Source: an uncultured Bacteroidales bacterium
Lineage (GTDB): Bacteria > Bacteroidota > Bacteroidia > Bacteroidales > VadinHA17
DNA length: 64,000 bases
Direction: 5' to 3'
Assembly (NCBI GenBank): GCA_963730615.1
Contig: CAVSSR010000004.1
Location: 28,890 to 92,889 of the forward strand
Below are positions 30,344-41,192 of the stretch, one piece after another. The notes under the pieces are model-generated. The model saw only the letters and a program-made list of their open reading frames with translations, ran no database searches and was not told the DNA's origin. Both the position numbers and the translations under genes were made by a program. The stretch's first letter is position 1. Every line of letters begins with the position of its first letter.

Positions 30344-30403
30344 TTGGACCATTAATATTATTTTTGCAGCAGCGTTCAGTGAAAACCATCTAATACCTCC
30401 CCT

Positions 30404-31343
30404 ATGATCGGCAGAGCTCCTTTTAAAATCTTTTCGTGTACATCGTCATTAAGCATTGCAGAAAAAATCGCAGATCATCTTGGCATTAGAGCTGGGCAAG
30501 AGCTCACTGCTGAGCTTCAGTGACGGAGAGTTTCAGACATGCTTTGATGAATCTGTCAGAGGATGCCATGTATTCATCATACAGTCGACCAACCCACCGG
30601 CAGAGAACCTGATGGAGCTTCTCCTGATGATCGATGCTGCCAAGAGGGCGTCGGCGTACAAGGTCAATGCGGTGATCCCCTATTACGGTTATGCCAGACA
30701 GGACCGCAAGGACAGGCCGCGTGTCTCTCTCGGTGCCAAGCTCACTGCCGACCTGCTTACAAAGGCAGGTGTTGACCGCATCATTACGATGGACCTTCAC
30801 GCCGACCAGATACAGGGTTTCTTCGATGTTCCCGTTGACCACCTGTTCGGTTCGGCACTCTTTGCACCCTTTATTAAGAACCTGAGGCTGCCTAACCTGA
30901 CCGTTTCAGCCCCTGACATGGGCGGGTCAAAACGTGCCAACGCCTATGCACGCTACCTCCAATGTGAGATGGTGCTCTGTTACAAACTGAGGAAAAAACC
31001 GAACATTGTGGAGGAGATATCCATCCTGGGCGAGGTTGAGGGGCGTCATGTGGTCATTATTGATGATATGGTTGACACGGCCGGCACCCTGAGCTTTGCC
31101 GCCACGATGATGAAAGACCGCGGAGCACTAAGCGTCAGGGCTGTTGCCACTCACCCCGTACTTTCAGGCGACGCCATTGAAAAGATAGACAGCTCACCCC
31201 TCGAGGAGCTGGTGATCACCGACAGCATACCCCTGACGAGGTACTCACCAAAAATAAAGATTCTGTCCGTTGGCGAAATCTTCGGCGAGGCAATAAAAGC
31301 TGTCTACACCAACAGTTCAATCAGCACAGGTTTTGTATTTTAA
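30404..31343 (+). CDS. prs: Ribose-phosphate pyrophosphokinase (+1 insertion near 30488)
   Basis: Reconstructed N-terminus MIGRAPFKIF...; 'FSDGE', 'YARQDRK', 'DLHADQIQGFF', 'DDMVDTAGTL'. Confidence 0.95.
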
Positions 31344-31353
31344 CCTTTTTCGC

Positions 31354-31361
31354 TATATTTG
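31354..31361 (+). promoter_or_regulatory. TAnnTTTG promoter for rplY-pth-hslR
   Basis: TATATTTG followed by CA, ~85 nt before the rplY ATG. Confidence 0.65.
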
Positions 31362-31388
31362 CAGGCCAAATTTTTAAAAATGTCCAAC

Positions 31389-31429
31389 GTGCAATGGGAG
31401 ATTGTCCGGCAAGCAATCTTGAGTAGCAC
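31389..31429 (+). promoter_or_regulatory. Candidate bL25 autoregulatory leader (5S rRNA loop E mimic)
   Basis: GUGC-AAUGG-GAGAUUG-loop-CAAUCUU-GAGUA-GCAC; the internal loop matches the (G/A)AUGG/GAGUA strands of loop E. Confidence 0.6.
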
Positions 31430-31445
31430 AACAAATTAAAGACTG

Positions 31446-32115
31446 ATGAAGACTATTGAGATCAAGGCCGTCTCGCGCGAACATTTCGGAAAAAAGAGCT
31501 CAAACGCGCTGCGCGCTGAAAATAATGTACCATGCGTAATGTACGGCGGAAAAGAAAACCTGCATTTCTCTGCACATGAAAACGTATTCCGCGGACTGGT
31601 TTATACTCCTGATGTTTTTCTTGTCAACCTCAACGTTGACGGGAATGAATATAAGGCAATAATGAAAGACCTGCAGTTCCATCCGGTAACTGACAAGCTG
31701 CTGCATATTGATTTCATACAGGTAACTGAAGACAAGCCTGTTATCGTTGACATGCCTATCAGGATCACCGGCGAATCAGTTGGCGTAAAAGCTGGCGGCA
31801 AGACTCAACCTCAAACGCAGGACACTCAAGATCAAGGGTATGACGAATGACCTGCCTGAACATATTACAATTGACATTACAAACATTGAGATCGGACAGT
31901 CGATCAAGGTTGGTGATCTTGCATACGATAAGCTGGAGATCATTGACAACAAGAAGGCAATGATAGTTGGCGTTGCTATATCACGTGTGGTTCTCAAGGA
32001 AGAGGAAGCTGCTCCGGTTGAAGGAGCTGAAGCTCCGGTTGCTGAAGCTGCCGGTGCCGAGAAGGAAGAGGCAGGCAAGAAGGATGCCGGGCATAAAGAT
32101 GCCGCTCACAAATAG
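31446..32115 (+). CDS. rplY: 50S ribosomal protein bL25/Ctc (+1 insertion near 31803)
   Basis: 'GKKSSNALR...VPCVMYG', 'LQFHPVTDKLLHIDF', 'LPEHITIDIT..EIGQSI'. Confidence 0.95.
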
Positions 32116-32123
32116 TTAAAACG

Positions 32124-32733
32124 TTGAAATATCTTATCGCCGGTCTTGGCAACATAGGCGAAGAGTATAAAAATACACGGCATAATGTCGGTTTTATGGT
32201 ATTGGATGCGGCCGCAGCTGCATCCAATATCTCTTTTACGGACCGCCGTTACGGCTTTATTTCAGAAATGAGGTACAAGAACGCTTCGGTGATCCTTCTG
32301 AAACCCTCTACCCTGATGAACCGGAGCGGCAACGCGGTGCGTTACTGGATGCAGAAGGAGAAGATAACTCCGGAGAACCTGCTTGTCATAGCCGATGATA
32401 TAGCCATCCCTACCGGCAGCATGCGCCTCCGGGCAAAGGGAGGTGACGGAGGCCACAACGGCCTGGCAAGCATAAGCGAGATCCTGGGGACAAATGAATA
32501 TGCCAGGCTGCGCATCGGTATAGGGAACAACTTCGGCAGGGGCGGACAAATAGATTATGTCCTCGGTGAATGGACGGAAGAGGAGCTGAAAGTTATTAAT
32601 AAAAGGCTGCCCACTGACTGTTGAAATTATCCGGTCATTCGTCACTGCCGGATGCGAGCTGACAATGACAGCTTTTAACAAAGCAGGTAAATTTTTGGCT
32701 GATGACAACACCAACGGGGGAAAGGATCGATAA
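32124..32733 (+). CDS. pth: Peptidyl-tRNA hydrolase (+1 insertion near 32612; end approximate)
   Basis: 'GLGNIGEEY..TRHNVGF', 'KPSTLMNRSG', 'GGHNGL', 'RLRIGIG'. Confidence 0.95.
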
Positions 32734-33082
32734 ATTCCTCTGGTCAGTCAGGCTGTACAAATCACGCAGCATTGCCACAGAGGAATGCCGGAAAGGGAGG
32801 ATCACAGTGGCAGGCCAGCCGGTCAAACCGTCTCACATGGTAAATGAAGGAACAACCATCCTCGTCAGAAAACCGCCTGTGACATATACCTATCTTGTCA
32901 CCGCCCTGCCCTCCTCCAGGGTGGGCGCCAGACTTGTCAGCGATTACATCACCGACCTCACTCCCGAAGAGGAAAAGAACAGGATCAAACCTGAGAGCGG
33001 AAAATTCTTCGGCTACAGACCACACGGTACCGGCCGCCCTACAAAAAGAGAAAGGCGCGATATTGAAAACTTCCTGGAATGA
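32702..33082 (+). CDS. hslR: S4-domain RNA-binding protein (Hsp15-like)
   Basis: 'RIDKFLWSVRLYKSRS.A', 'GTGRPTKRERR'. Confidence 0.9.
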   Translation: MTTPTGERIDKFLWSVRLYKSRSIATEECRKGRITVAGQPVKPSHMVNEGTTILVRKPPVTYTYLVTALPSSRVGARLVSDYITDLTPEEEKNRIKPESGKFFGYRPHGTGRPTKRERRDIENFLE

Positions 33083-33248
33083 ATTTGAATGCCCACCCGG
33101 CGAGGGTGGTATAAATACCTAAAAGTACCCGGTCTCTGTCAAGAATCGATGATATTGAATTCAACAGGGAAAATCTTTATTTAACTTCGGGCAGCATAGA
33201 AACTTAGCATTCCGGATTTTAAGATCGTAGATTACAGGCTTTTCAGTC

Positions 33249-34578
33249 ATGGGAAAGGAAAATATTGAGAAGTATGATTTGTTTTATCTGCTTCTGAAAA
33301 AATATGCCGATTTCTGGCATAACAACATCTTCTACCGAAAGGTGATTGCTTACGGCAAGGATCGTCTTGATTTTTCGGTCCCCACCATCCTGGCGCCCAA
33401 TCATCAGAATGCACTTATGGATGCCCTGGCGATCATCTGCACCCTTGAAAGGCAGCTGGTCTTTCTTGCCAGGGCTGACATTTTCAAAAAGAAACTTGTC
33501 GCACGCATCCTTTATCGCCTGAAAATCCTCCCTGTTTACCGGATCAGGGACGGTTTTGAAAACCTGAAACAGAATGATGACACCTTCCACGACACTCTCA
33601 GGGTCATGGAACACCGTAACGGGGTAGTCATCCTTCCTGAAGGAAGTCATGACGTCCACAGAAAACTCCGCCAGCTGAAGAAAGGCATATGCCGTATTGC
33701 CTTCCAGACAGCAGAAGCCTCTGACTATAAGAAGGAAATCAATATCGTGCCGGTTGGCATCGAGTATTCACACTACTGGCGGTTCAGGCAGGTACTTACG
33801 GTTGTCTATGGCCATCCCATCCATGTCTCTGAATACTACGATTCATACAGGCAGAACCCGAACAGGGCAATAGTTGAACTGCGCGACAGGCTCTCTTCCG
33901 ATATGAAGAAAGTGATGGTGCATATAGAAGAAGAGCAGGACTATGAAGCTATCAACGAGCTGAGAAGCATCATCAACGAAAAATACAGTGACCGCATAAA
34001 GTATCCCAAACTGTTCCGTGACAACAGGCTGATCAGTAAGGTTAACGAGCTGCATCAGAAAGATCCTGAAGCATATGAACGTTTATGCAGTGACAGTCTT
34101 GCCGTCAGGGACCTCGCTCAGGAGCTGAAGCTGACCTACCGGCACCTGAGAAAGAAAAAGCATCCTCTCGGATGGCTTCTTCTGTCATGGATATTTCTAC
34201 TTGTCACGCTGCCGGTCTTCGTGGCAGGAGTATTACTTAACTTTATCATCTTTAAAGTTTCTGAAATTCAGTCGTTAAAAACGAAAGATCCGGGTTTCAT
34301 CAGCACGACAAGATATGGTTTCCTGATCGGTATGGGCCTGATAATTGCGCCTTTGTACCTGATTGTTGCACTGATACTGATCAAACCATGGTGGCTGGCA
34401 CTAGCCGCTTTTCGTTCTTGTCCCGGTGCTGGGTATTCTTGCCTGGAACTGGTCACTTCTTTTCAAAAGAACGGTGGGAGGATTCAGGATCAGAAGACTC
34501 ATCAGAACAAAAAACTCCGTCTTTATCAGGTTACGAAATACTTATGGCAATCTCATTAAGACTGTCTCAGGACTTTAA
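33249..34578 (+). CDS. PlsC-like glycerolipid acyltransferase with C-terminal TM helices (+1 insertion near 34410)
   Basis: 'NHQNALMD' (HX4D), 'FLARAD', 'LPVYR', 'ILPEGSH'. Confidence 0.88.
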
Positions 34579-34580
34579 TC

Positions 34581-35382
34581 ATGAAGGATTTCTTCGCAGA
34601 TAAGACAGTCTGGATTACGGGAGCCTCATCAGGCATCGGCGAAGCGCTGGTCAGTGCATTCACGAAGGGAGGAAGCAGGGTAATTGCCTCATCAAATGAT
34701 GAAGCCGGGCTGAAGAGAGTGGCTGAGAACTGCTCTGCGATGAAGGGAAGTATCACCACCGTTCCATTCGATCTGTCGGAGACAGCCGGAATTGAAAAGA
34801 CAGTGGCTGATATAATAAAACAGGAAGGCAGGATAGATATGCTGCTTAATATAGGCGGTATCAGCCAGAGGGCACTGATAAAAGATACTCCCCTGTGGCT
34901 CGACCGCAGAATAATGGAGATAAACTATTTCGGGACCATTGCACTGACGAAGGCAGTGCTGCCTTATATGATAAGTAACGGCGGCGGCCATATCGTGGCA
35001 ACCAGTTCCATATCCGGACGCTTCGGATTCCCTCTCAGATCAGCATATTCAGCATCAAAACAGGCGCTGCACGGTTTCTTCGAAACACTGCTTCTTGAAC
35101 ACAGAAGTGATAATATCAGGGTCTCTGTGCTTATACCCGGAAGGGTGAGGACCAACATATCGTTTCATGCTCTCACATCATCAGGTAAGGAGCACGGCAA
35201 ACTGGATGAAGGGCTGGCCGGAGGAATCACCCCTGAAAAAGCTGCTCAGCAGATCATACAGGGGACTCAGAAGGAACAGAAGAGAGATACTCGTTGGCAG
35301 CAGCGAATTGCTGATGCTCAAAATAAGAAAATATATGCCTGCTCTTTTCTTCAGGATTGCCGGCAGGATTAAACCAATGTGA
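34581..35382 (+). CDS. SDR oxidoreductase, DHRS7-like (+1 insertion near 35262)
   Basis: 'TGASSGIG', catalytic 'YSASK'. Confidence 0.9.
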
Positions 35383-35396
35383 CAACAGAAGTCATT

Positions 35397-36490
35397 ATGA
35401 AAGGTTATATAATAAGCGGGATACAGCAGGTCGGCATAGGTGTGCATGACCTGAAAGAAGCGTGGGAATGGTATATAAAGGTGTTCGGAATGGACTGCCG
35501 CATCTTTGAGGAAGAGGCCGAGGCAAAGCTGATGCTGCCTTATACCGGAGGCCAGCCACGCAGCAGGCATGCAGTGCTTGCACATCAACCTGCAGAGCGG
35601 CGGAGGCTTCGAGGTATGGCAGTACAAGGGAAGAAAGCCTGAGTACCGTGACCGCGAGACAAAGCTGGGAGACATAGGCATTTTTGCATGTAAAATGAAG
35701 GTCAGGAATGCTGAGAAAGCATGGAAGCACTTCCTGGATATGGGAGTTGACGTATTGGGAATGCCCACTGTCGATCCCTCAGGAAAGAAGAGCTTTTTTG
35801 TCAGGGACCCGTTTGGAAATATCTTTCATATTGTTGAGGCCACCGACTGGTTCATGAACCTGAAGAAAGTATCAGGCGGGTCCTACGGAGCGATAATAGG
35901 TGTCATCTGATATTGACCGGGCGCTTAAAGTCTATTCCGGTATACTGGGATATGACAAGGTAGTATATGACGTCACCGGTACATTTGATGACCTCGCTCC
36001 TCTTCCCGGGGGCAGCGGTACCTTCCGGCGCGTTCTCCTGGCTCCCGGAAAGCCTTTTCACGGAGGCTTTAGCCCGGTCTTCGGACAGAGCACCATCGAG
36101 CTGATACAGTCTATTGACAGAAAAGGCACGAAGATCTATGAGGGAAGATTCTGGGGTGATCCCGGCTTCATACATTTATGCTATGATATCAGCGGCATGG
36201 ACAACCTCCGGAAGTACTGTGAAAATGCAGGATTTCCTTTCAGTGTTGACAGCATGCAGAGCCATGCCGGCCAGAGCTTTGACATGGGTGAGGCAGCAGG
36301 TCACTTCGCATACATCGAAGACCCTGACGGAACTCTTATCGAGTTCGTCGAAACGCATAAGGTACCTATAATTAAAGCACTGGGGTGGTATCTTAACATG
36401 AGGAAGAGGGATCCCAACAAACCATTGCCCTCATGGATGATCAGGACGCTGAGGTTCTCAAGGGTGAAGCAGAAGAAAGGATTAAAGGCA
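35397..36490 (+). CDS. Tandem-VOC (glyoxalase-fold) protein (insertions near 35580, 35903 and probably at the 3' end; end approximate)
   Basis: 'SGIQQVGIGV', 'VRDPFGNIF', 'GFIHLCYD', 'YIEDPDGTLIEFVE'. Confidence 0.8.
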
Positions 36491-36555
36491 GATAGGCTAA
36501 TAGTGCTAGCGACGCTCAAGTCTGGACGTCGTCCCGATCTGATCAACAAATGCAA

Positions 36556-37760
36556 TTATTCTGCCAGAGCCTGTACTGCGCTCAGGACGCGCATGGAGTT
36601 CTTTCCCCAGATCTTTGCAATGTCATCGCTGCTGTAACCTCGGGAGATAAGCTCCTTGGTGATGTTCTTCATCTGTGAGACATCCCGGCAATCGTCCAGC
36701 TCACCACCCCCGTCAAAATCGGAACCAATTCCCACGTGATCAATCCCGATGATATCAACGACATGCTGTATATGGTTTACGGCATCGGCGACAGTCGCGA
36801 GTTTCTCATATTTGTTCTTCAGTGCCTGATACTCATCCCATATCTGCTTCCTTCTGTTCGTCCGTTGCATCAGGACCCAGGTCTTTCATCCTCTGACGCA
36901 GTTCTTTCTCAAGCCTGTCAAATTCGGGGTTAGGCTCGGGCTGTTTAAGATATTCGCTGAGCAGGCAGATCTGTATGACACCTCCGTTTTTCTTCAATGC
37001 CAGGAGCATGTCGTCATTCAGGTTCCTGGGATTTTCGCATAATGCCCTGCATGATGAATGCGAGGCAATCACCGGCGCTTTAGCTGCCTGCAGCACATCA
37101 TAAAAAGCCTCGTCAGACAGGTGCGACACATCAATTATCATCCCCAGCCTGTTCATCTCCTTCACCACCTCTTCTCCGAAGGCAGATAGACCGCCATGTT
37201 CCGGTCCCTGTGGGTCGGTCGAAGAATCGCATATATCGTTATTAGCTGAATGACATAGAGTTATATAGCGAGCGCCCAGGTCGTAATATTCTTTTACACG
37301 TGACAGATCCTTACCTATTGCATAGCCGTTCTCTATTCCGATGAATACGGCAACCTTGCCTTCGGCTTTAAGCCTGTACGCATCATCAGGGGTGAGTGCC
37401 AGGCCTGCCATTTCCGGATAGCGTGCCACATTGCGGTGGATGGAATCAAAAATGGCAAGTGTGGTCTGGTGTTTCAGGTCCAAAGTCTCAGGATCCCTGG
37501 GTCCCTGGCCGATGAAGATTGCGAAGAACTCAGCATCAAGTCCTCCCTCCTTCATCCTCGGGAAATCGACACAGCCTTTTTCATTTTTGCTGCCAAGGTC
37601 AAAACCTGACCTGGCGAGACGCATCGGGGTGTCACAGTGGGTGTCGACAGTCAGCATGTTCAGATGCATCTTGTCAGCCTTGCGGATTACCTTTTCTTCC
37701 TGTGAGAGACAACCTGTCAGCAGGAACATGGCGGTCAGGACCAGGTACAGTAAATTTCAT
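36556..37760 (-). CDS. Membrane dipeptidase (M19) lipoprotein (insertions near 37750 and 36850)
   Basis: 'VDTHCDT', 'IGIENG', 'IDVSHLS', 'ASHS', 'HVGIGSDFDG'; lipobox 'LTGC'. Confidence 0.9.
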
Positions 37761-38052
37761 TTTGGTCAAGGTTTTTGGACGCGTAAATATAAGTATATCA
37801 CAAGCTGGTTATCATCCCTCCTGAGAGGGGAATATATAAAAAAGGTTAAATCAGGCAGCAGGCAGCAGGCATGGGCAGTAGTAACAAAACGGACGAATGA
37901 ACAATTACGAATTATGAAGTAAGAAAATAAGATAATATACAGACCGTTCACTGCTGATCTGAAAAGCAAGACTCATAGAACTTCGCAACCTGTCAGACCC
38001 TCAACTCTGTAAACAAGTCCATGACCTTCAGACTTAAGACCTGAAATGAAAG

Positions 38053-38125
38053 AAAAAAGCCCCGCTGAAAAAGCGGGGCAGCCATGAAAAGAATGGAAAA
38101 ATTGCTTTTGGACAGTAAAAAGCAA
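38053..38125 (-). ncRNA. Candidate independently transcribed small RNA (~73 nt)
   Basis: TATCTTTG promoter at 38129-38136 with TTG 20 nt upstream; 5' hairpin UUGCUUUU/AAAAGCAA; U/C-rich linker; GCCCCGCU/AGCGGGGC + U6 terminator. Confidence 0.55.
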
Positions 38126-38230
38126 CATCAAAGATAATAAAAAATGTTTTTTCGATCAATAGCACAGATAATTTTCAGGCGGGCGCAGCCAGACATAAAA
38201 AGAGGAATGAGATAAAAAATGATATGATAA

Positions 38231-38257
38231 TGCAACTTCCGTAAATTTGCAGTGTCA
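38231..38257 (+). promoter_or_regulatory. Putative ECF promoter (TGCAAC-N16-TGTCA) overlapping a TAAATTTG element
   Basis: Immediately upstream of the second ECF sigma gene. Confidence 0.45.
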
Positions 38258-38278
38258 TTTAGTAATAATGATCTGAGC

Positions 38279-38833
38279 TTGGCAATACCAGATGTGCATA
38301 TTCATGATACCCTCGTTGAGGAGTGCCGCCGGGGCAGCCGGAAAGCCCAGTTCAGGATCTATGAACTCTATTCCAGAGCCATGTTCAATGCCGCATACCG
38401 CATTGTCAATAACAGGGAAGAAGCAGAGGATATGCTGCAGGAAGCTTTTACCGACTGCTTCAGGAATATAGGTTCATACAGGTCTGAATCGACTTTCGGC
38501 GCCTGGCTGAAGACGATAGTGATAAACAAGTGCATCAACAGGCTGAGGAAGAGAGAGACGGACCTGGTATATGTGGATGACTACCAGTCTGTTGAGAGAC
38601 CTGAGGAAGAAGAGGCGGAAGTGATCTGGCCTGACACATCTGTAATTGCGAAGGCGGCAGAAAAACTGCCTGACGGATACAGGGTGGTCTTCAGCCTCTA
38701 TCTTCTTGAAGGGTATGATCATGCTGAGATATCCCAGATCATGAATATCTCTGAATCAACATCGAAGACCCAATACTTGAGGGCAAAGAACAAACTGAAA
38801 AAAATACTCATAAACATGCAGAAAGATGGATGA
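38279..38833 (+). CDS. ECF sigma-70 factor (probable TTG start)
   Basis: 'AEDMLQEAF', 'YRVVFSLYLLEGYDHAEISQIM...TSKTQYLRAK'. Confidence 0.93.
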   Translation: MAIPDVHIHDTLVEECRRGSRKAQFRIYELYSRAMFNAAYRIVNNREEAEDMLQEAFTDCFRNIGSYRSESTFGAWLKTIVINKCINRLRKRETDLVYVDDYQSVERPEEEEAEVIWPDTSVIAKAAEKLPDGYRVVFSLYLLEGYDHAEISQIMNISESTSKTQYLRAKNKLKKILINMQKDG

Positions 38834-39351
38834 GTTCGAGAAACATATTAGGAATGGCAGGGAAGGGATGGATATTCATGATCCTGACCCCGGCTTATGG
38901 AGCAGGATTGAAGCGGAGCTCCCCCGTCGTGAGAGGCAGCATAGGAAGCTATCTCTGGAAGGCAGCCGTTATCCTGATAGTTGCAGGAGCCGGTCTGACC
39001 CTCATACTCAGGACAATAAATACACCGGAGAGAAACGTTGACCCGCAAATCACTGCTGTAAGGGAGACCTATCTGTATTACAACAGCCAGATCAGTTTAC
39101 TGTACGCAGAGGCCGGCCCGCTGCTGACAGACAACCCGGATATCAGCATGGAGCTGGATAAGAGCATGGGTGAGCTTGACAGCCTGTCAGTGGAGATCAG
39201 GAAGGATCTCAATGACAACATCGCCAACGAGGAGGTGGTGGAGGCCCTTATACGGAATTACAGGCTCAGGATTGAGCTGCTGGAAGATATGCTCGTGCTG
39301 ATGAAAGAGAAAGAGACAGAAAATAAAAATTATTCAGATCATGAATTATAG
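38826..39351 (+). CDS. Putative anti-sigma factor (+1 insertion near 38940-38950)
   Basis: 'DIHDPDPGLWSRIE' motif, single TM 'WKAAVILIV', helical periplasmic domain; overlaps the sigma stop. Confidence 0.75.
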
Positions 39352-40432
39352 AAACCATCTGATTGCGTTGATACTGTCGCTCGGCACCCTGACATTACAG
39401 GGTCAGCAGATGACTGACAGCAAGACCTTCATGAAGTCATTCAGAGCCGGTAATGATCCTGTCGTAGAGGTGACAAATAAATACGGCAATATTCATATCA
39501 GTCACGGCAATGCCGATTCTATCTCTGTCAAGGTTGAGGTGACCGCCTCATCAGATAAGGAAAGCAAGCTCAGTTCGATGATGTCTGATGTTGATGTAAG
39601 TATTACGATGACCAACGAGACTGTGCGGGCACAAACCAACTTTAACCAGGGTATCACCCCCCTCCTTGAGAGTTTTAAAGGCCTCACAAGGAACATCATT
39701 AACTATGGCTCAAGGCTGAAGATCGATTACTTCATCGAGTGCCCGTCCTCAACCGTTCTGCGGCTTACCAACAGTTACGGAGATGTTTATATCGGTGATG
39801 AGACCCCCGAACTGACGTTGAAACTGTCGAACGGATCGCTCGATGCAGGAGTGATCACTAACGCCCGGCAGATTGATCTCACATTCTGCAAAGCCAATGT
39901 AAGAAGTATCATGGAAGGAAAAATCATCCTGTCTTTCAGTGAATTAAGAATGAAAGGGACGGAGGACATCAAACTCACCTCATCGTCTTCGAAGGTGTGG
40001 ATCGACAGTTGCGGCACACTGGATATTGATTCCAAGAGTGACGATATAAACCTTGGCAGCGTATCTGTGCTCACAGGAACAGCACACTTCAGTGACATAA
40101 CTGCAGAGAATATATCAAAGGAGCTGAGCCTGATAATGAAATACGGCAACCTTTCATGCGAGAAGATTGATGAGAAGTTTTCACTGATAGACATCAACTC
40201 TTCATACACGGATGTTGATCTTCTCATGCCTGAGAAGGCAAGCTATGACCTGGAGATCCGTCACACCAACGCATTTGTCTCTCTTCCGGGAATTACGCCT
40301 GAGCCTGAACGCACAACCGTTAATGAAGAAGACAAGATATATATTACTTCCGGCAGGTATGGAAGCTCTTCCGGTTCATCGAAAATCAGGATTGATGCCA
40401 CCAGGGGAGAAATCAGAATCCTGCAGAAGTGA
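39341..40432 (+). CDS. DUF4097-like beta-strand-repeat secreted protein
   Basis: Signal peptide; 'NKYGNI', 'NSYGDV', 'MKYGNL' repeats. Confidence 0.75.
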   Translation: MNYRNHLIALILSLGTLTLQGQQMTDSKTFMKSFRAGNDPVVEVTNKYGNIHISHGNADSISVKVEVTASSDKESKLSSMMSDVDVSITMTNETVRAQTNFNQGITPLLESFKGLTRNIINYGSRLKIDYFIECPSSTVLRLTNSYGDVYIGDETPELTLKLSNGSLDAGVITNARQIDLTFCKANVRSIMEGKIILSFSELRMKGTEDIKLTSSSSKVWIDSCGTLDIDSKSDDINLGSVSVLTGTAHFSDITAENISKELSLIMKYGNLSCEKIDEKFSLIDINSSYTDVDLLMPEKASYDLEIRHTNAFVSLPGITPEPERTTVNEEDKIYITSGRYGSSSGSSKIRIDATRGEIRILQK

Positions 40433-40512
40433 ATAGCTGCATTTACTGCAAAGAAAATGGTCCGGCTGTCAAATATGAATAATGTCCAAATAGTCATAAA
40501 TTAGCATTAATT

Positions 40513-41158
40513 ATGAAAAGACTTTTAATTACTACGATTGTGATCCTTGTTGTATCAGTTATACAGAGGGTCAGCACAGGAAGAACCCGGCGAGATGAAG
40601 ACACTTTCAGGGTCCGAATCCTCCTCCGGCGGTTACGGTGCTTTCACGATGGGTTACTCTGTCATTGACGACAGAAGTGCATTTGAATTCGGTTTCCGTG
40701 GCATGTGGATTATGAATCACACTGTTGCGATGGGTTTGGGAGGTTCAGGCTTTATGAGCCAGCCTGTTTATGACGCCGGTGACGACACTGATAATTTCCT
40801 CACAGGCGGATATGGCGGTTTTATCATTGAGCCGATTGTAATTCCGCTGGAACCGGTTCATGTTGCCTTTCCGATCCTGATTGGCGGAGGAGCAATTTCA
40901 AGTGTAAAAACAAACTGGGATGACTGGGATAACTGGGATGATTATGAGGATTATATTCCGCCAACTCAATTCTATATGCTTATACAGCCCGGAGCAGAGA
41001 TTGAGCTGAACGTGACACGCTTCTTCAGGATGGGGCTTGGTGCTTCGTACAGAATTCCGATTGAATTATATCATACCACGCCTGAGGTGCCTGAGCTTAG
41101 TCCGCAGGCTGTGAAAGGTTTCGTTTTCGGAATGTCATTCAAATTCGGCAAGTTCTGA
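40513..41158 (+). CDS. Small outer-membrane beta-barrel protein (+1 insertion in signal-peptide region)
   Basis: MKRLLI... start at 40513; amphipathic strands, terminal 'FKFGKF'. Confidence 0.7.
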
Positions 41159-41192
41159 AAAAAAGAGAGGCGCTTCGCGGCGCCTCTTTTTT
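41158..41192. terminator. Bidirectional intrinsic terminator
   Basis: A-tract, AGAGGCGC-TTCGCG-GCGCCTCT, T-tract between convergent genes. Confidence 0.85.

Noticed and set aside
32000-32112. Repeats in the bL25 tail (EAAPVE/EAPVAE, KDAGHK/KDAAHK) and the bL17 tail
   Set aside because: Ordinary low-complexity extensions of these ribosomal proteins
36490-36637. VOC ORF apparently overlapping the dipeptidase 3' end by ~80 nt
   Set aside because: The tail looks non-homologous and is probably read-through from another +1 insertion near 36478
37766-37969. 67-aa minus-strand ORF upstream of the dipeptidase
   Set aside because: TTG start, no recognisable motif, AT-rich intergenic composition; no support
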